64,000 nucleotides of DNA from NCBI GenBank assembly GCA_025558095.1, contig JAIVFI010000024.1, positions 434,001 through 498,000 on the forward strand, written 5' to 3'. Below, one piece after another: positions 24,019 through 37,947 of this stretch (positions within the stretch are counted from its first letter, which is position 1; each line of letters begins with the position of its first letter). The stretch comes from Hyaloraphidium curvatum SAG 235-1 (Eukaryota > Fungi > Monoblepharomycota). Below the pieces are notes generated by a model that was not told the origin of the DNA, did not search any database, and worked only from the letters and a program-made list of their open reading frames with translations. The translations under genes and the position numbers were made by a program.

Positions 24019-25451
24019 ATGAAGCGGGCGCTGGAGTCGGCCGGACGCGGCCTCGGGGCGGCTGCTGCGTCCTCCGGCTCTGCCGCTGGCCGGCTCCCCG
24101 CTCCCCCGGGTGCTGCAACGCCCCGGTGCGGAATCGCGCCCCCGTCTCCCGCACGAACCGCCACCTCCCAGCGGTCCTTTGCGACCGTGGTGCCGCCGCA
24201 CCGGACGCCAAAGGTGGCCGCGATGCGCAGCTCCCTCTGGAATGGGAGCCTGACCCCCGGTCGGCACAGCGGGACCCCAACTTTGTCAAGATCGTCGACG
24301 TGTCCCCCCGGGACGGCCTGCAGAACGAAAAGACCCTGATCCCGGTCGAGGTCAAGGTTGAGCTCATCAACAGGCTCGAGGACGCGGGGCTGAGCTACAT
24401 CGAGGCCACGTCGTTCGTGTCGCCGAAATGGGTTCCTCAGGTAGGCTGGCCCCGACCCGCCGCCAACCGTTGGAGACTCACGGGCCGTCGAACGACAGAT
24501 GGCCGACGCGCCGGACGTGCTGCGGTCCATCCGGGTGGACCCCCACGTCACCATGTCGGTGCTCACCCCGAACGTCAAGGGGTTCGAGAGCGCCATGGCA
24601 GCGGCCGAGAAGATGCACGAGGGCAAGAAGCACCTCGAAGTCGGTGGGTGGTCACCCTGTCGTCACTGCCCCCGTTGGAAACCCCTGACGGCACCCCCCA
24701 GCAATCTTTGCGGCCGCGTCCGAGAGCTTCTCGCGGAAAAACATCAACTGCACCATCGCAGAGAGCCTGCAGCGGTTCGAGGACCTGATGAAGCTGGCCA
24801 AGGAGGCGAACGTGCCCGTCAGGGGGTGGGTCGGAACGTCTTGGCAGCGCCTGCCGAGCTCACTCCCCGCGCCTCAACCAGCTACATCTCGTGCGTCCTG
24901 GGCTGCCCGTTCGAGGGCGACGTCAAACCCTCGGTCGTCGCGTCCGTGGCCGCCAAGCTCATGGACATGGGCTGCCACGAGGTCAGCCTCGGGGACACGA
25001 TCGGCGTCGGCACGCCCGGCAAGATGAAGGCGCTCATCGACGAGGTCCGGCACGCGGTGCCGGTGGAGAACCTGGGCGCGCACTGCCACGACACGTACGG
25101 GCAGGCGCTGGCCAACATCCTGATGGCGGTCGAGGTGCGTTGCTCCCCGGGTGGTGCTTGCATTCCTCCAGTTGACGTGACGTTCTGGTCCAGAACGGGG
25201 TCCGCGTGGTGGACAGCTCGGTCGCGGGGATCGGCGGCTGCCCGTACGCGCCCGGCGCCACGGGCAACGTCGCGACGGAGGACGTGGTGTACATGCTGCG
25301 GGGCATGGGCTTCGAGACCGGGGTCGATCTCGACAGGCTGGTGGAGACTGGCAACTTTATCTCGCAGAAGCTGGGGCGGCGCACGCTGTCGCGGGTGGGC
25401 AACGCGATCAACGCGCGCAAGGCGCGGGCGGAGGCCAAGGCCAGCGCTTGA
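24019..25451 (+). CDS. HMGCL: Hydroxymethylglutaryl-CoA lyase, mitochondrial
   Basis: [68 protein letters not shown]; Arg/Ser/Ala-rich presequence. Confidence 0.97.
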
Positions 25452-25532
25452 ACTCGTCGTAGCCGTGTTTGATCGAATGACCTGTACTGCGGCCCTCACC
25501 CCACCACACCCCGAATCAAAACGGGCCCCACC

Positions 25533-26870
25533 ATGCAGGCGCACCGGAGCCGGATTCCCTCCGCGGCGGGCGCGCCCGGCGACACGTTCCAGAGCAAGCT
25601 GGAGCGGCTCGAGGAAATCCGGCGGCGGCGTCTCGAGGTGCGCGCGACGCCGCGCACCACGCACCGCGCTCCCCGCTGACCCGCCGCGCAGCTCGAGCGC
25701 TCGCTGTCCGCGCTCGCGGCGCCCGCCGCCCCCGCACCCGCGGTCTCCGCACGGCCCGCGCTGGCGCCGGCCGCCGCCGTGCTGAATGCCGCGCCGCCGT
25801 CGCGCATCCCCGCACCCGCAAAGCGCGCGACCGCGCTGCCGCTGCCGGCGCTGCCGCCACCGAAACCCGTCAGGCTGCTCTTTGGCAAGGAGAACGTGGG
25901 GGCAGCACAGGCAGTAGCGCCCGCCCCCGCGGAGGCCGCGAAGCCGCCGGCCGTGCCGGCCCCGCTCCCCACTGCTGAACCCGAACAGGAAGCTCCCGTT
26001 GCTCCCCCCGCAGACCCTGCGATTCCCCCGTTTGAACCCCTTCTTGCCGATGTTATTGAGCCGGCGGCCGAACCGGACCCCGAAGGAACGCCGTCTGCGG
26101 ATTCTATTTCGGAGGAGCCAGCGATACTCGAACCGTCGTCGCAGACGGAAGAGGCGGAGGAGGTTCGCGAACCCGAAAGCCCCCCTCAGAGCCCCGCTCC
26201 CGCGGTTCTAACCAGCCCGCCCAAGCCTCTCATCCCTCCCGCGGGCCCTTCTGGCGGTGGTCGCGCCAACGCACGTGCCAGGGCTCTGCAGCACGAGCAG
26301 ACGCCCTACCACAGCCGATCGCTGCGCCTGCGGGCCTTGGCCGCCGCGGCCGATCCGCCGCAACCAAAGGCCAAGACGGCCTCGGACAAGGCCGACGAGT
26401 GGGCCGCCGCCACGCGCAAAAACACCATGGCCAACAAGGGCCACCACGCGAAGCTCATCATCACGCTGGTGCATCGCGACGGACCCCGGCCGCCGTCCCC
26501 CAGCCAGGCGCTCCGGGAGCGCAACTTGGACTTTAGCGCTCTGAAACTTTCCCAGACGGAGGACGATCACGGGGTGCACGACGGGGCCCCGGCCGCGGAC
26601 GGCAAGAAGCGGGTCCGGTGGACCGCCAACGCGGTCATCGAGCCGACGCCTGCCAAGGCCCATCGGCCGGCCCGGAAGGAACCGACTGCTGCCGAGAATG
26701 CGGCCCAGCGATCCTGCCTGCGGCAAGCGGGCGTTGGTGCGGATGGGGCAGGCGCTGGCGCCGACGTCCCGCTTTCCCCGCCGATCGTCACGGTGCAGCG
26801 CTTTATTTGGCTCGAGCCGGCAGCTCCGGTACAAGTGGCGCCCGCATCGGCGAAACGAAAGAAGACATGA
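25533..26870 (+). CDS. Pro-rich hypothetical protein with RVxW motif
   Basis: Short first exon spliced (GAG|gtgcgc...cgcag) into ORF 25779-26870; TRKNTMAN...GPRPPSP, KKRVRW, basic C-terminus. Confidence 0.65.
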
Positions 26871-26945
26871 CAGAGGAAATAGAGCAAATCGTCAGCGATC
26901 TTGTGTGTGGGTATAGTCAGCTGGGTATCTCGGTGCATGTCCGTC

Positions 26946-29900
26946 TTATGGCGCGCGGAATCCAATGGATCTCCCTGCGAGAAACCTTAGCAACGGCCGC
27001 GAAAGCCAGCGTGGCAAGCGGACCTTCTTCGTACATCTCCTCCAAGACGAGCATAAAGTCCTCCATGCTGCTGAGTTCCTGGTACTTGCGATACAGTGCG
27101 AGAGCCTATTGGACAACATGGTGAGCCTGGCCAACGCGTACACCGGGCAGCACGTACCGTCCGGGCGTCCTCAATACTGTCGTGAGACTGCGTCTGGATC
27201 TTCTCTTTGAGAAAGTACCAAGACAGGAAGCGCAGCGACAGCTTCCGCTGCCGATTGCTGAGGTAGTAGATGTCTACGGTGTCGATTACTGGGGAGGGGC
27301 GTTAGTCCAGCTTCGCGGGACATGGGCAATGCGAAGAACCTTGGCGAGGAGGGACAAGAATGTCTGAGGTTGATGCAGGCTATCAGCGACGATCATGCGC
27401 CCAAGAAACGAACTCACTGATAGTGCGGAAGTCTTTCGTCAGACCGTGGCCAACGAAAACGAAGCCCAAGTCGACAAGAAGGCGCAATTTCTTGTAGGCC
27501 GACTTCAGAGTCACAAGCGAATGCTTAGACGTCGCAGGGTCGAGATCCGTAGCTGGCAAGACGCAAGTCAGCCGCGGGCTCCGAAATGGCACGAAAAGAC
27601 CCACGTTTGATGCCAGAAAACTCGGTCAGGTAGTCGATGATTGGCTCGCTGGTGACCACGTAGTCGTCGATGAAGGGCAAGGCCTCTTGCGGGCCTTCCC
27701 CGCGGAGCACGCTGACGCGGGCCAAACCGAGGCGCGACGGCCGGATGATGGACCGCGTCCCGTCGCTGTGCACCTCCGACTCCTCCTTCGTCAGGGCAAC
27801 GAACTCGGCATCGATGGCAACGAGCTTTCCGGCCGGATTGGATAGCTCGTAGGGACGCAGCTTGACGTAGGAATTGGTGTTTCCCTTCTTTCGGCTGCTC
27901 AATCGTACTGGTTAAGCCCTGAGGTCAGCACGATTTGCGAAACCCACTTGACGACGTTTCCGTCCTCCGTAAGCAAGCTTAGATCCAGCGACTGCGGTAG
28001 CGGGGAGAAGTCCGTGATCTCCGGGGTATCTTGTCTGATGTACGTGACCGTTGCGGGGTTCTGGCGTTGCGAGGCTTAGCACAAGGGAACCGTGCGTGCC
28101 CAATGATATCCTACCTTCCACTTTGGGTACTGAAGCACCTCTGCCTCGGGTATCTTGCGCACGACGAAATCGTTGAAGAGATACCATTCCGAGGCGGCGA
28201 CGTCGTCAGTTGCGGCAACTAGGCATCGATCCACGTCAGTTGATCGTAGCAGGCCAACGTCCGCCAGCCGCACCGTTTATGCTCGTGACAAGGTGAGGCG
28301 GCCGCTTTCCGTCGTCGATCTCCACAACAGTTGACTGCAGCAGAACTCAGCAAAGGAGGTGCCGGCAATCAAGAGGACAACGCACATGCAACCGATAGAG
28401 TGCCGCAGACTCGCTCCACGTCTGATCGGCAACCGTTGACGGGTCCACCTCCTCCAGCACAACGTCCCCGTCGCGGATCGTGGCGACAAACGCCGAGGGT
28501 AGCCACGAGCCTTCCCGCCAGAAATCGACCTCCTCGTCAAGAACAACCGCCGCATTGATGCTGAACAGGCACGGCAGATTGCGCAAGTACCGCGTCTGCG
28601 TCGTTACCTGGTAGTCACCGCAGGTATCGCACCATGCCTTGGTCGTGTTCTGCCGCCGGATGCTGGCGGCGAGGATTTCCAAGAAAGGTGCCCGCACAGC
28701 TGTGGCGCCTTGCTTGTTCGCCTGCAATGCCATTTAGCCGAGAAGCCGGAGGTTGGGTCGAGCCCGCCTCTCTACCTTTCGCGGGTATTTCAAGTCGACT
28801 ACGAAGGGCGTGCTCGGTTTGGAAGGCGAAGAGCCGCAGGTCTGGCACTTGCTTTCCACCGCCATTTGCAGGCCGTACGTCTGCTGAATCGGAGAAGGAA
28901 TAGCCTTACCCTCCGTCCAATCCGGAGGACCCAGGGCCACGAGTAGAGGATTGCCCGCAGAAGAGTTGGATTCGAGGTTGAGCTGTTCCAGGATGAAGCG
29001 GTGGAAGTTCTGGATAAGCGCCGAGTAGGATATCGTCCCTTTCGGAAGGGCGTGCTCCGGTTGGACGAGACCCAACGCCGTCGCTGCAAAGCACATTAAG
29101 ACCACGAACGCCGCAGAAAAGGAGGGCAAGACCTTGCGGGATCGTACGGAACGCGCGAAGGAAGTTTGTCGCCTGACAATTCAGTCCCTTGGCGTCCTCC
29201 AACATGCCTAAAGGCGAAGGCGTCGTAAACCGTGGGACTGCAACCGTCGAATCTGCAACCCACGAAACAGGAAGCCCAGTTCGCAGCACAGGCAGTATTC
29301 CTTCAGGCAGTTGAGGCGCATGTGGCCCTTGCAAACCTCGCACATGGGTTTCGAGTGGAACAGGGCTTGCAGAATTGCGTTGCAGAACGAGTTGGCAATG
29401 TGCGTCTCGAGACCGCCGTACAAGGTCTTGTTGTAGTAGCTGCCAGGGTTTGTGAGAAGAATGCCTCACCTTGCCTCATGACGAGCCCACCCGAAATCGA
29501 AGTCCTCGACGCCGAACTTGGAGTACTCGATCTCGACCTGGCGGTAGTGCGCCGGCGGCTCGACGCCGCCGGCCGCCGCCTTGACCTCCACCTTGTCATG
29601 CTGCCCGTGCGCGTCGCCCTTGCCCAGCAGCCGGTCCTTCTCCTGCTCGCTCCTGAACTTGGGTTTGGCCGCGCCCTTGCCGGCTGCGTGGCCGACCTCG
29701 TTGCGCAGGAACCTGCCCGGATTCGTGGCGTACCCCACGAAATCGACCATCTTGACGCTGGCGAGGATGTCGGCGGGTATGCGGGGCGTCGGGCGGCCGA
29801 CGGTGACCGCGAAGTTGCGGGGCCAGTTAGCGGAGGAAAGCCGCTCGCTGTAGTACGGCATGCCGACGAGCGACAGGGGGCTTTCATGCGCGGCCGCATC

Positions 29901-31346
29901 GTCAGACGGGTCCCTTCATTTGGTGGTCCAGGGACGCCTACTCATTGTCCGTGATCTTGACGGTCGTCCGCTCTGGTATCGTGCCCCACTCCGACGGCCG
30001 GGAATACGCGTTGACGTGGGCTTCGCTCTTGTGCACCCACTCGTGCACGATCCCGGCCGAATCGCCGAAAGCGAGCACGTCGCCGGAGCTGGACATGTCC
30101 AGGCAGGTAATGAACTGGCCCATGGTGTCCGTCTGCGGCGGTGGAGCGCATGATGCAGGCCAGAATGCCGAGCAAACACGAATTACGTACCTGGAACACG
30201 TCGGTGCCGCCGGATGTTATGCTGATGTCGATCACCTGGAACAGACCGGTCTGCGAGGTGACAATCGCCGTGGACGACATTTTGGGGTGGAACCGCAACA
30301 GCGACGGTCCCGCCGGGAACGCGACGGGAAGGAGCGGCCTCATCATGCGGATGTCGTACACCTTGACGAGGGGATCCACCACCATGGTTTCGTTCGTGGA
30401 TCTGAAACACCGGGCCAAGGTCAAACTCTCTTGCGGGAGGATACTGCACGGCGCAGGATCCCACCTCCTCGAAAAGCCGCAGGTAATGAGGTAGTTGTCC
30501 GACACGTCGAGATCCGAGATTGTTCCCGTGTGCGCCGACACGGTGTGCTCCACGCGCAAGGTCTTGGGGTCCCGCAGCGTGACGACGCCCAGACTGGTCC
30601 CGCAGCAGAGCATGCGGGCGCGCTTCATGATGACCGTGCCGACCGCCCCAGAAGACTGGCTGCCGATTCAGCCGGTGCCTTTGCCGGTCTTCATCGAACG
30701 CAGCCCACCTCGCGCATGACGGATCCGGTGTTGGCATTGACGCTTATCATGTTGTCCTGGCTGCCGGCGAGGAACACTTCCGAAGCCGACGCACCCAGCG
30801 ACATGCAGTACAGATCCCTCATCGAGTCCGTGCTGGTATCCAGTGCCATGAGACGAATGCATGCCCGTACCGTCCAGAAGCCCCACCTCGAAGTCCATAT
30901 TGGCAACCCCCGGCGGTTCGTGAGCCGCACCTCGGAAGCCGTGAGCGAGATTACGCCGTGGTCCGCGATCAAGAGCTGGCGCACGACGCCGGCGTGGGAT
31001 CGGAACGCCGTGTACCGTTCCGCTGTCGGGCAGAACATGGACGAAACCCGGCCCTGGCGGCGGCGATCGCGTCTCCAGCACGATCGGGGGCGCGTCTGCG
31101 GTTCGCGTCACCTTCTCGCCGCCCAGCCACAGGAGCTCCTCGAACGGATCGAATGCGATGCTGGACACGCTCCCGTCGCGCGCCTGGTTCCACACCGGCA
31201 CCTTCGGTAACGGGGGCGGGAGCGGGAGCGCAACAGTGTCCGCGTGAGGCACCGAGACGTGGCCACGCGTCGGGCGGCCGCACCTGGGCCGCCAGCGTCC
31301 AGCCATCGGCCTGCGGACTGGCCGGTGGGTTCGCCGACGCGTCCAT
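26946..31346 (-). CDS. PAN2: PAN2 poly(A) nuclease catalytic subunit (WD40, UCH-like, DEDD exonuclease)
   Basis: [70 protein letters not shown]. Confidence 0.96.
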
Positions 31347-31483
31347 CCCGCGGACGTTTGGGGAGTGTTTGGGGCACTGCCGTATTTACGCGTGGTCGCG
31401 GTGTGGTGGGTGCGCCCAGACCGAAACACCCCGAAGACAAGCCCCAGCCCCGCCCCTCCGCGCCGCGTTCCCGTGTTAGCCGC

Positions 31484-33460
31484 ATGGCGTCCGGCCGCGT
31501 CATCGCGCGGCTGCCGCAGCCGCGGGCCGGGCTGCTCCGCGCGCGCGCGCCGCCGCAGCCGCAGGCGCCCGCCGACGACGGCAGCGGCACGGCCCCGCTG
31601 GGCGCCGCCGGCGCGCACCCGCCGCCCCGCTCCTCGTCGTCGTCGGCGGCGCAGTCGTGGAAGGCGCCCGGCTCGGCCGCATCGGACAGGCGGCCGGACC
31701 TGAAGCGGCCCGCGCCCGCAATGGGCGACGAGAACTCGTACAGCGGCTCGCGAGCCTCGCGCCGCTCGGACCGCAGCGAGGACGCGTACGAGCGGCCGGC
31801 AAAATTCCGGGCCGTCGACGTGCAGCGCACCAGGGTGCCCGGCGACAGGGCCGGGGCTCCGGCCGCGGGTGCCATCCCCCGGCGAGCGGACATGGATGTT
31901 GATGTTCGGGACGACCGGGACGACCGGCGCAAGCGGCCTGCGCTCGGGCATCATGCCGTCGTGCCCACGGCGGAAACACGGCGGCCACAGCAAGCTGCGA
32001 CTGTCGCATCTTCTGCTTTGGCGCCCCTGGGAACTTCGCGCGTCCCCGAGCCCGCCAGCTACCGCGCGTCCACAGTTCCCTCCGCGGCGGCTGCTCCGCC
32101 GATGCCAAGTCGCAGTTTGGCATCGGGGCACTTGGAATCTGGCCGCGCTGTCGCAGAGAACCGCTTGACCGTGCGGCCGCGCAGCCCGCACGCGGCGAAC
32201 CGGACGGACGACCCGAAGCGCACTCACGTGGCACCCCTTGCCACCGCGTCTTCTAGAGCGGCTCTTGCAGCCGTGGCGAACTATGTGCCTCGGCCGAGCG
32301 CGGCTCGCGCAGGACGGACCTCATTGCCCTCCCTCGGCACTGCATTGGTGCCGGTCAGCCCGCGGCGGATCCAGACCGTGCCCAAGCCGCAACCTGCCAG
32401 GGTGCGGCGGCAAAGAATAGCGCACGATCGCGATGCCGCGCCCGAGCGGGTGGAGCCCCTGATACGGCAGCCGGCTCTGGAGCACCGCTTCTCGTCGCTC
32501 ACGGCGCTGGGCCCCATGGTGGAGCTGGATCCCCTGATGGTGTCCGAGTATGCCGACGACATTTACTCCTACTGGCGGTCGCTGGAGCTGAAGCTCCTTC
32601 CGGATCCGGGGTACATGCACAGACAGCCGGAGCTGTCGTGGGACATGCGCGCGACGCTGGTGAACTGGATGGTGCAGGTCCATGGCAGGTTCAAGCTCCT
32701 GCCCGAAACCCTGTTCCTCTCGGTCGGGCTCCTGGACCGCTTCCTCTCCACCCGGCCGGTGATCCTGTCCAAGTTCCAGTTGGTCGGCATCTCGGCGCTC
32801 TTCATCGCATGCAAGTTCGAGGAGATTTACTTCCCCAGCATCAACGACTTTGTCTTTGCCTGCGACGGCATTTACACCGTGGACGAGATCCGCCGCGCGG
32901 AGCGCTACATGCTCGGGGGCTTGAACTGGGAGATCGGGTCCGCCGGCCCGCTCAACTTCCTCCGCCGGCTGAATCGGGCCGACAACCACGATGCACGGAT
33001 TCGCGTCCTGGGCAAGTACCTGCTGGAAGCCACGATCGTCGACCCCAGGTTCCTGGCCGTGCAGCCCAGCGCGATGGTCGCGGCGTCGGTCTGGTTGGCG
33101 CGCAAGATGATCCACTGGGAGGAGGCCAGGCAGAGGCGGGCCAGCGGCGCGAGCTCAAACGGCAATGGAGCCGGGAGGGAATCGTCGTCGGTCGAAATCG
33201 AATGGGTGGGTCCGACCGGATGCTGGCGCCTCGAACCATGACTCACGTCACATCACGCTTTCCAGACTCCCCTGCATTACAATCTCTCCGGCCAATACAC
33301 GGAACCCGAACTCATACCCTTGGCGCAGGCCATCCTGGACTGCGCCTCCAAGCCGCAGAACCACGCCGCCGTCTTCGAGAAGTACGCCGACCAGGCACAG
33401 TACTTTGGGGTCAGCGACTTTGTGCGGCGGTGGTGCCTCTCGAACGGATTCGCGAACTAG
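31484..33460 (+). CDS. B-type cyclin
   Basis: Cyclin box MRATLVNWMVQVHGRFKLLPETLFL, FQLVGISALFIACKFEE; D-box RAALAAVAN; intron ~33206-33265. Confidence 0.93.
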
Positions 33461-34105
33461 CCATGTAGCCATGGAATCAAAGCGGCCTTCACACTCCGTC
33501 AGTTCGATGATGTCTTCAGGCAAATGAACTCTCATGGTGGCGCAGGCGAGCGCCGAGACGTCCATGCACTCAGACGCAAATTACGAAACCATCATTCGGA
33601 GTACGAAAGCCTCTTCAAGACCATCATTCGGCGTACGAAAACGTCGGATCCGAGCCGGATGGCAGGACGATGAACCGAGATGCTGACAGTGACGACGGGT
33701 CTCCTGGAAAGACGGATGAGAACGAAGAAGCCGTTGCGATGCGGCCAGGAAACGCACCTCTTCGTGTACAGCTTGACATTACAGGACGTGAATTCTGGCG
33801 AGGAGCGTCAGCATCGGTCCGTCGCACCCCAGTGGACCTCTTTTCTTTCGAGGTCCTCAAAGATCTTGGTGTTTCGGTGTGTCCGCAGAGCCAACGGCTC
33901 GGTGTAGCGGTTTCGCTTTCATCGCAGGACCATAGTTGTCCGCGCAGGGAAGATGAACTGACCTAGCTATCGAATCGTGTGGCCAGAGGTGGACGTTGGC
34001 CCTCCTGGCCGTTGATCAGGCCGCGCGATCATTGATCGCGCGCGGCCGAGTGAGCATTGACACATTCGCGCCCACCGTCCTGCCGGCTCCGCCGAAGCTG
34101 CAACG

Positions 34106-35411
34106 ATGGGGAAGGTATGAACTAGCTCCGCGACCCTGCGCAAGCGCAGTTGTCGAGCCGGAGGAGCTTCCTGCCGTGGCCGGAGGCACCAGTGTTTACC
34201 GGAACTCCCGCTCCAGGAAATGACCCCCAAGGAGATAGGAAAGATGATTAAGGCCAAGGGCCTGCAGAAGCTCAGATGGTATTGCCAGATGGTGGGTTCC
34301 GCCGGCTCCGCTCGGTCCCCGCCCGGGTCTGACGGCCCTCCTCTGCGCAGTGCGAAAAGCAGTGCCGGGACGAGAACGGCTTCAAGTGCCACTGTGCCTC
34401 GGAAGCGCACCAGCGGCAGATGATGCTCTTTGCCGAAAACTCTCGCAAGTACATGGACACCTTCAGCACCCAGTTCAAGGACGAGTTTCTGAAGCTCTTG
34501 TCTCGGAGGTTGGTTGGCCCCGGTTGCGACCCTGTGCGTGCCCCCCCCCAGCTGACCTTGTTTGCCAGGTTCGGAACTCGCCGTGTGATGGCCAACCTGG
34601 TCTACCAGGAGTACATCTCGGACCGACACCACGTGCACATGAACGCCACGCAGTGGTCGAGCTTGACGGAGTTCGTCAAGTGGATGGGGAAGGAGGGCAT
34701 CTGCGAGGTCGAGGACACGGAGAAGGGCTGGTTTATCAAATGGGTGGATAGGAGGCCGGAAACGCTGGCCAGGAAGGAAGCGGAGCTGCGCAAGGCTCGG
34801 TCCGACCGGGACGATGAGGAGCGGCAGGCAAAGCTTTTGGAAGAGCAGATCGAGCGCGCGAAAGCACAGGCCGTCGAGGTAGAGACGGTGAGTTTCGACG
34901 AGTCCTTTTGGGAAGGCTGCTAATGATTTGGGATTCGCAGACCGCGACAGAGCTCGTCCGGACAAACGAGGACGAAAAGGTCAAGGTCGAACTCAAGCCG
35001 GCGTTTTCCATGAAGCCTCTTGCAGCGCCGAAGAAGCTGAACGCGCTGGCAATGGCTTCGAAGAAGAGTGCACCACCTGCACCCTCGACGGAGGCGCTGG
35101 GAATTGGCAACGGGACCAAAAAGCTAAGCGCCGTCGAAGCCATCATTCTAGAGGAGCAGGCACGGAAGGATCGGGCGGGGAAGATGGAGAGCAGGGAGTC
35201 GCGAACGGGCGCGGGACCACCGGATCACGCCTACGATCGTCGCCGCGACGAGCGGTCTGGCGACCGGCGTTCCAGGTCCCGCTCGCCGGTGGGCCGTTCG
35301 CGGGATGATTACCGGGACAGGGGCGAGCGGAGGGACTTCGAGAGGCATCGTTCAAATGAGCGCCCGATGGAGCGGGCAAGGTCGCGGTCTCCAGCATATG
35401 CGAGTGGATGA
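34106..35411 (+). CDS. KIN17: KIN17/Rts2 zinc-finger protein
   Basis: KAKGLQKLRWYCQM|CEKQCRDENGFKCH, HVHMNATQWSSLTEF, KGWFIKWVDR; first exons uncertain. Confidence 0.94.
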
Positions 35412-35522
35412 GATAGATTTCTCCTGATGGCAATCTGCCGACACAGTCTGAATGCCATTGCAGTGTGTACACATGTGCTAATTCGATGGGTATCTTTGTC
35501 ACATATGACGAGCGACCCGAGA

Positions 35523-36791
35523 TCATCCGTAGAACGCCGCCGGACCACGCATTCGCCGCTTGTCGCCGGAAGTGAGATTGAATCTGTCGGGAGTGGGGCC
35601 ACGTGAGGTCGAACCAAAACAGTGAACGAATAGAACTCACTTGTCGACAACGTCGCTGATGGCATTGCAACCCTTCGTAAGCACGGCCAGATACGAGGTC
35701 AGCAACACGTCGTTGACGTCCGTCAAGAACTCCTGTCGGAACTGTGGACTGTCTATCGTGGGCAGGCGGCAGCACAGGCTCGATATCTGGCGCATCATGT
35801 TATGGTCCCGCGCGACCTTGCCTGGGTTGGCGGGGTGAGCGGAAAGCGGGGAGCAGCCTGCGGTCCAGCGCACCGTCCTCGACGTCCTTGACGTACTGGT
35901 ACAGCAGGCCGATGCGAGAGTGCAGCATCTTGATGGCATTCTTCTGCCCCACGAGATGTTGAATCACTGAGGAAGATACCGTTGAGTGGGCGTAAACGTG
36001 CACGCGGAAGGGCGTCCGTACCGCCCGAGCCCTCCGACGCATCCGCGACTGCCGCCTTGGCGACATGGTTCACGGCTATCCGCTCCGCCTCCATGGTCTC
36101 CACCCGATACTGTGACCGGACAAACAACGTTTGCGCACGGCCGTCAACCAGGTCGATGACTGATTCGTAAACCGCGATGGGCAGGTCCTTGCTGGTCGCG
36201 ACGACGTTCGGGAAGAGCTGGACGTAAAGAGGCGATTCGTTGAATGTCAAGAACTGCTCGTGAACGTGGATTTCTGCCGCCGTCGGCTCCGGTCCAGTCG
36301 AGTACCATCCCAGAAAGTCGAAGTCTTTGAACACCTGTCGCACTTTGTAAAGGTGAGGTGAGCTCCCGGAAGCTCGCGAAGCCCATTACGTTGCTCTTGC
36401 TTCGTCGTGAAGTACGTCTTGTCGATCTCCATCTTGCCGTCGACGTCCTTGAACGGCACCTCGAAAGAATTGAAGATCTCCACGTCGCGTCCCTTCTGTA
36501 TCCCGAGCAACGCCCCAAGAACTGGTGCAGGCCATATGAGGCTACCGACCCGCGATGACTGAATGGTAGAAAGCGCTAACCTGTAGGCGAACTCGTCTCC
36601 GTCTGCGCTTTTGTCCTGGTGAAGTGGTCCGAGACGTTCATGATGACCAGAGGGTGCCTGCGCCGGTTGTTCGGCATCCGCGGCCAAGACGCGCCGCGTT
36701 ACGCAACTCACAGCGTGATGCTAAGACCGCTGCTGTTCGGCGCCTTGGAGACGACGCCATCGACGCGTCCGGCGGGCGGCTCGGCGGACAT
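35523..36791 (-). CDS. COPS6: COP9 signalosome subunit 6 (MPN)
   Basis: HPLVIMNVSDHFTR, EIFNSFE, FLGWYST, VETMEAERIAVNHV, NAIKMLHSRI, C-terminal RRMRG. Confidence 0.95.
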
Positions 36792-36945
36792 CGCGGCGCG
36801 GAGCAGCGCGCGGAGTCTGAGACGCGCACACGAAGCTCCTCATTACACGTTACGAAGCGCATGTATGATGGAAGACGCGATAGTCTCGCAGTCTTGAAGG
36901 ATCATCAATCGTTGGCTCAGACTGTCTGGTCAGCGTGATTCGGCC

Positions 36946-37889
36946 ATGGACCCGGCCTCTGGCAAGGTTACACGCCCTCCATCCCTGGCCTCGTCCGTGA
37001 CGGCGCCTCCCTTGCCTCTGCGGCCTGGTTCGGCTCCGCCCCCGCCGAAGCCCCCGCGGGCAGCTGCTGCCGGCCGATCAATCACCCCGTCCACCATCTC
37101 TCGTGCATCCGATCTACCCACTTCGGACGTTGTGCTGTACGAGAACGAGCGGCGGAACGAAGTCGGAGTGTTCAGCTCCTTGAACCTTTTGCCTACGGAC
37201 CCGCCAGCATGGTGCGACGCCTCGTCGCAACCGACACTTTCCGCGGACGCTCTGGAGTTGACATCGGGGTGGGAATGGGTCGGCAAATGGGTACCGGACT
37301 CTTGGGCGTACAGCAACCGCGTTTCCGGCCCGTGGGTCGACGCTGAGGGAGACTGCGTTTTTCGGAGAAGAAAGTGGACCCGCCGAAAGCGGAAGAAGCA
37401 CGCCGGCGCTGCGGATGCGGGTCCACGGGCCGGCGGAGGAACGCTGAGGCGTCAGACGAGGCTGGAAAGCATGTCGGTCACCGAGGCATACCAGCTCCTG
37501 CTGCGCGACGGGACGAGGATCGACCGCGAAAGGGTGGATATTTGTAGGCGTCTGGCGCAGACCGCCGAAATAGGGGCCACCGAGAAGCGGAACATTCTCA
37601 TCAAAGACGTGAGTTACACATAGCGTCGCAGCTTCTTTCTTAGCCATTGCCGCTGATTTTGGGTTGTCAGCTTCTTCTAATTCTCCAGAAGTTGGATCAT
37701 GACCAGTCGCGCATGGAATGCTTGGAGGGATTCGCCCCGGTCCTGACGTCCGGCGGCCCAGTACCAAAGGAACTCTGCGACCAGCTGGTTAAGACCCGGC
37801 TCACGTTCTTCTCGGATCGGCAGAGAGCGGCGGCATGGGTTGGCTATGCCATTACGCCGCAAGGTCTCGCTCCGCTAGTCTCGGCATGA
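36946..37889 (+). CDS. Dysferlin (DysF/Pex24-like) domain protein
   Basis: VVLYENERR, GWEWVGKW, WAYS, FRRRKWTR; intron ~37609-37670. Confidence 0.7.
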
Positions 37890-37947
37890 TGGTCGATCCT
37901 CCACGGTACATCTTGAGGGAAGAAAGATGGTTGACGCCCACCACGCT

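Noticed and set aside
33471-33966. Possible small gene between cyclin B and KIN17
   Set aside because: Short ORFs with no recognisable motif and no confident exon model
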